A stretch of DNA of 33,548 nt, from the NCBI GenBank assembly GCA_002269645.1, contig NIVC01002268.1, positions 1 through 33,548 on the forward strand, written 5' to 3'. Made by a program: the position numbers and the translations under genes. Positions 32,683 through 33,548 of this stretch are shown here, in pieces; the first letter of the stretch is position 1; every line of letters begins with the position of its first letter. Under the pieces are notes generated by a model. That model did no database searches. It worked only from the letters and a program-made list of their open reading frames with translations, and was not told the origin of the DNA. The DNA comes from Macrostomum lignano. Its lineage: Eukaryota.

Positions 32683-33548
32683 AGTAGATATGAGATGGAA
32701 GCAGTAGATATGAGATGGAAGCAGTAGATATGAGATGGAAGCAGTAGATATGAGATGGGAGCAGTAGATATGAGATGGGAGCAGTAGATATGAGATGGGA
32801 GCAGTAGATATGAGATGGGAGCAGTAGATATGAGATGGGAGCAGTAGATATGAGATGGAAGCAGTAGATATGAGATGGGCAGCAGTAGATATGAGATGGA
32901 AGCAGTAGATATGAGATGGGAGCAGTAGATATGAGATGGGAGCAGTAGATATGAGATGGGAGCAGTAGATATGAGATGGAAGCAGTAGATATGAGATGGG
33001 AGCAGTAGATATGAGATGGAAGCAGTAGATATGAGATGGGAGCAGTAGATATGAGATGGAAGCAGTAGATATGAGATTGAAGCAGTAGATATGAGATGGA
33101 GCAGTAGATATGAGATGGAAGCAGTAGATATGAGATTGGAGCAGTAGATATGAGATGGAAGCAGTAGATATGAGATGGGAGCAGTAGATATGAGATGGAA
33201 GCAGTAGATATGAGATGGAAGCAGTAGATATGAGATGGGAGCAGTAGATATGAGATGGAAGCAGTAGTAGATATGAGATTGAAGCAGTAGATATGAGATG
33301 GGAGCAGTAGATATGAGATGGAAGCAGTAGATATGAGATTGGAGCAGTAGATATGAGATGGAAGCAGTAGATATGAGATGGGAGCAGTAGATATGAGATG
33401 GGAGCAGTAGATATGAGATGGAAGCAGTAGATATGAGTTGAAGCAGTAGATATGAGATGGGAGCAGTAGATATGAGATGGAAGCAGTAGATATGAGATGG
33501 GAGCAGTAGATATGAGATGGAAGCAGTAGATATGAGATGGGAGCAGTA
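32683..33548. repeat. 20 bp purine-rich satellite (gcagtagatatgagatgg(a/g)a), runs off the window end
   Basis: 20-bp period, more than 40 copies. Confidence 0.98.

Overview
Eukaryotic (metazoan) genomic DNA with GT-AG spliceosomal introns, no operons, and about a quarter of its length in tandem repeats. The CpG-rich, Ala/Ser/Gln-rich exons and satellite-filled introns suggest the flatworm Macrostomum, but that assignment is only an impression. Three spliced genes can be built by hand with matching splice phases: (1) a + strand gene at about 278-7055 encoding four degenerate galectin-fold domains, interrupted by at least three apparent single-base (-1) frameshifts; (2) a - strand RBR E3 ubiquitin ligase resembling RNF217 (12076-9870) with a spliced C-terminal transmembrane exon; (3) a + strand six-exon DLGAP/SAPAP/GKAP-family gene (19868-28625, 856 aa) with a C-terminal GH1 domain. 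The 7.8 kb gap between genes 2 and 3 holds a small MITE, a PIF/Harbinger-type element (CAG target duplication) and two decayed IS630-Tc1-mariner elements with long TIRs. The two Tc1-type elements show strong CpG decay, consistent with past germline methylation. At least 13 unrelated tandem arrays are present, and several long ORFs in the supplied track are artefacts of them.
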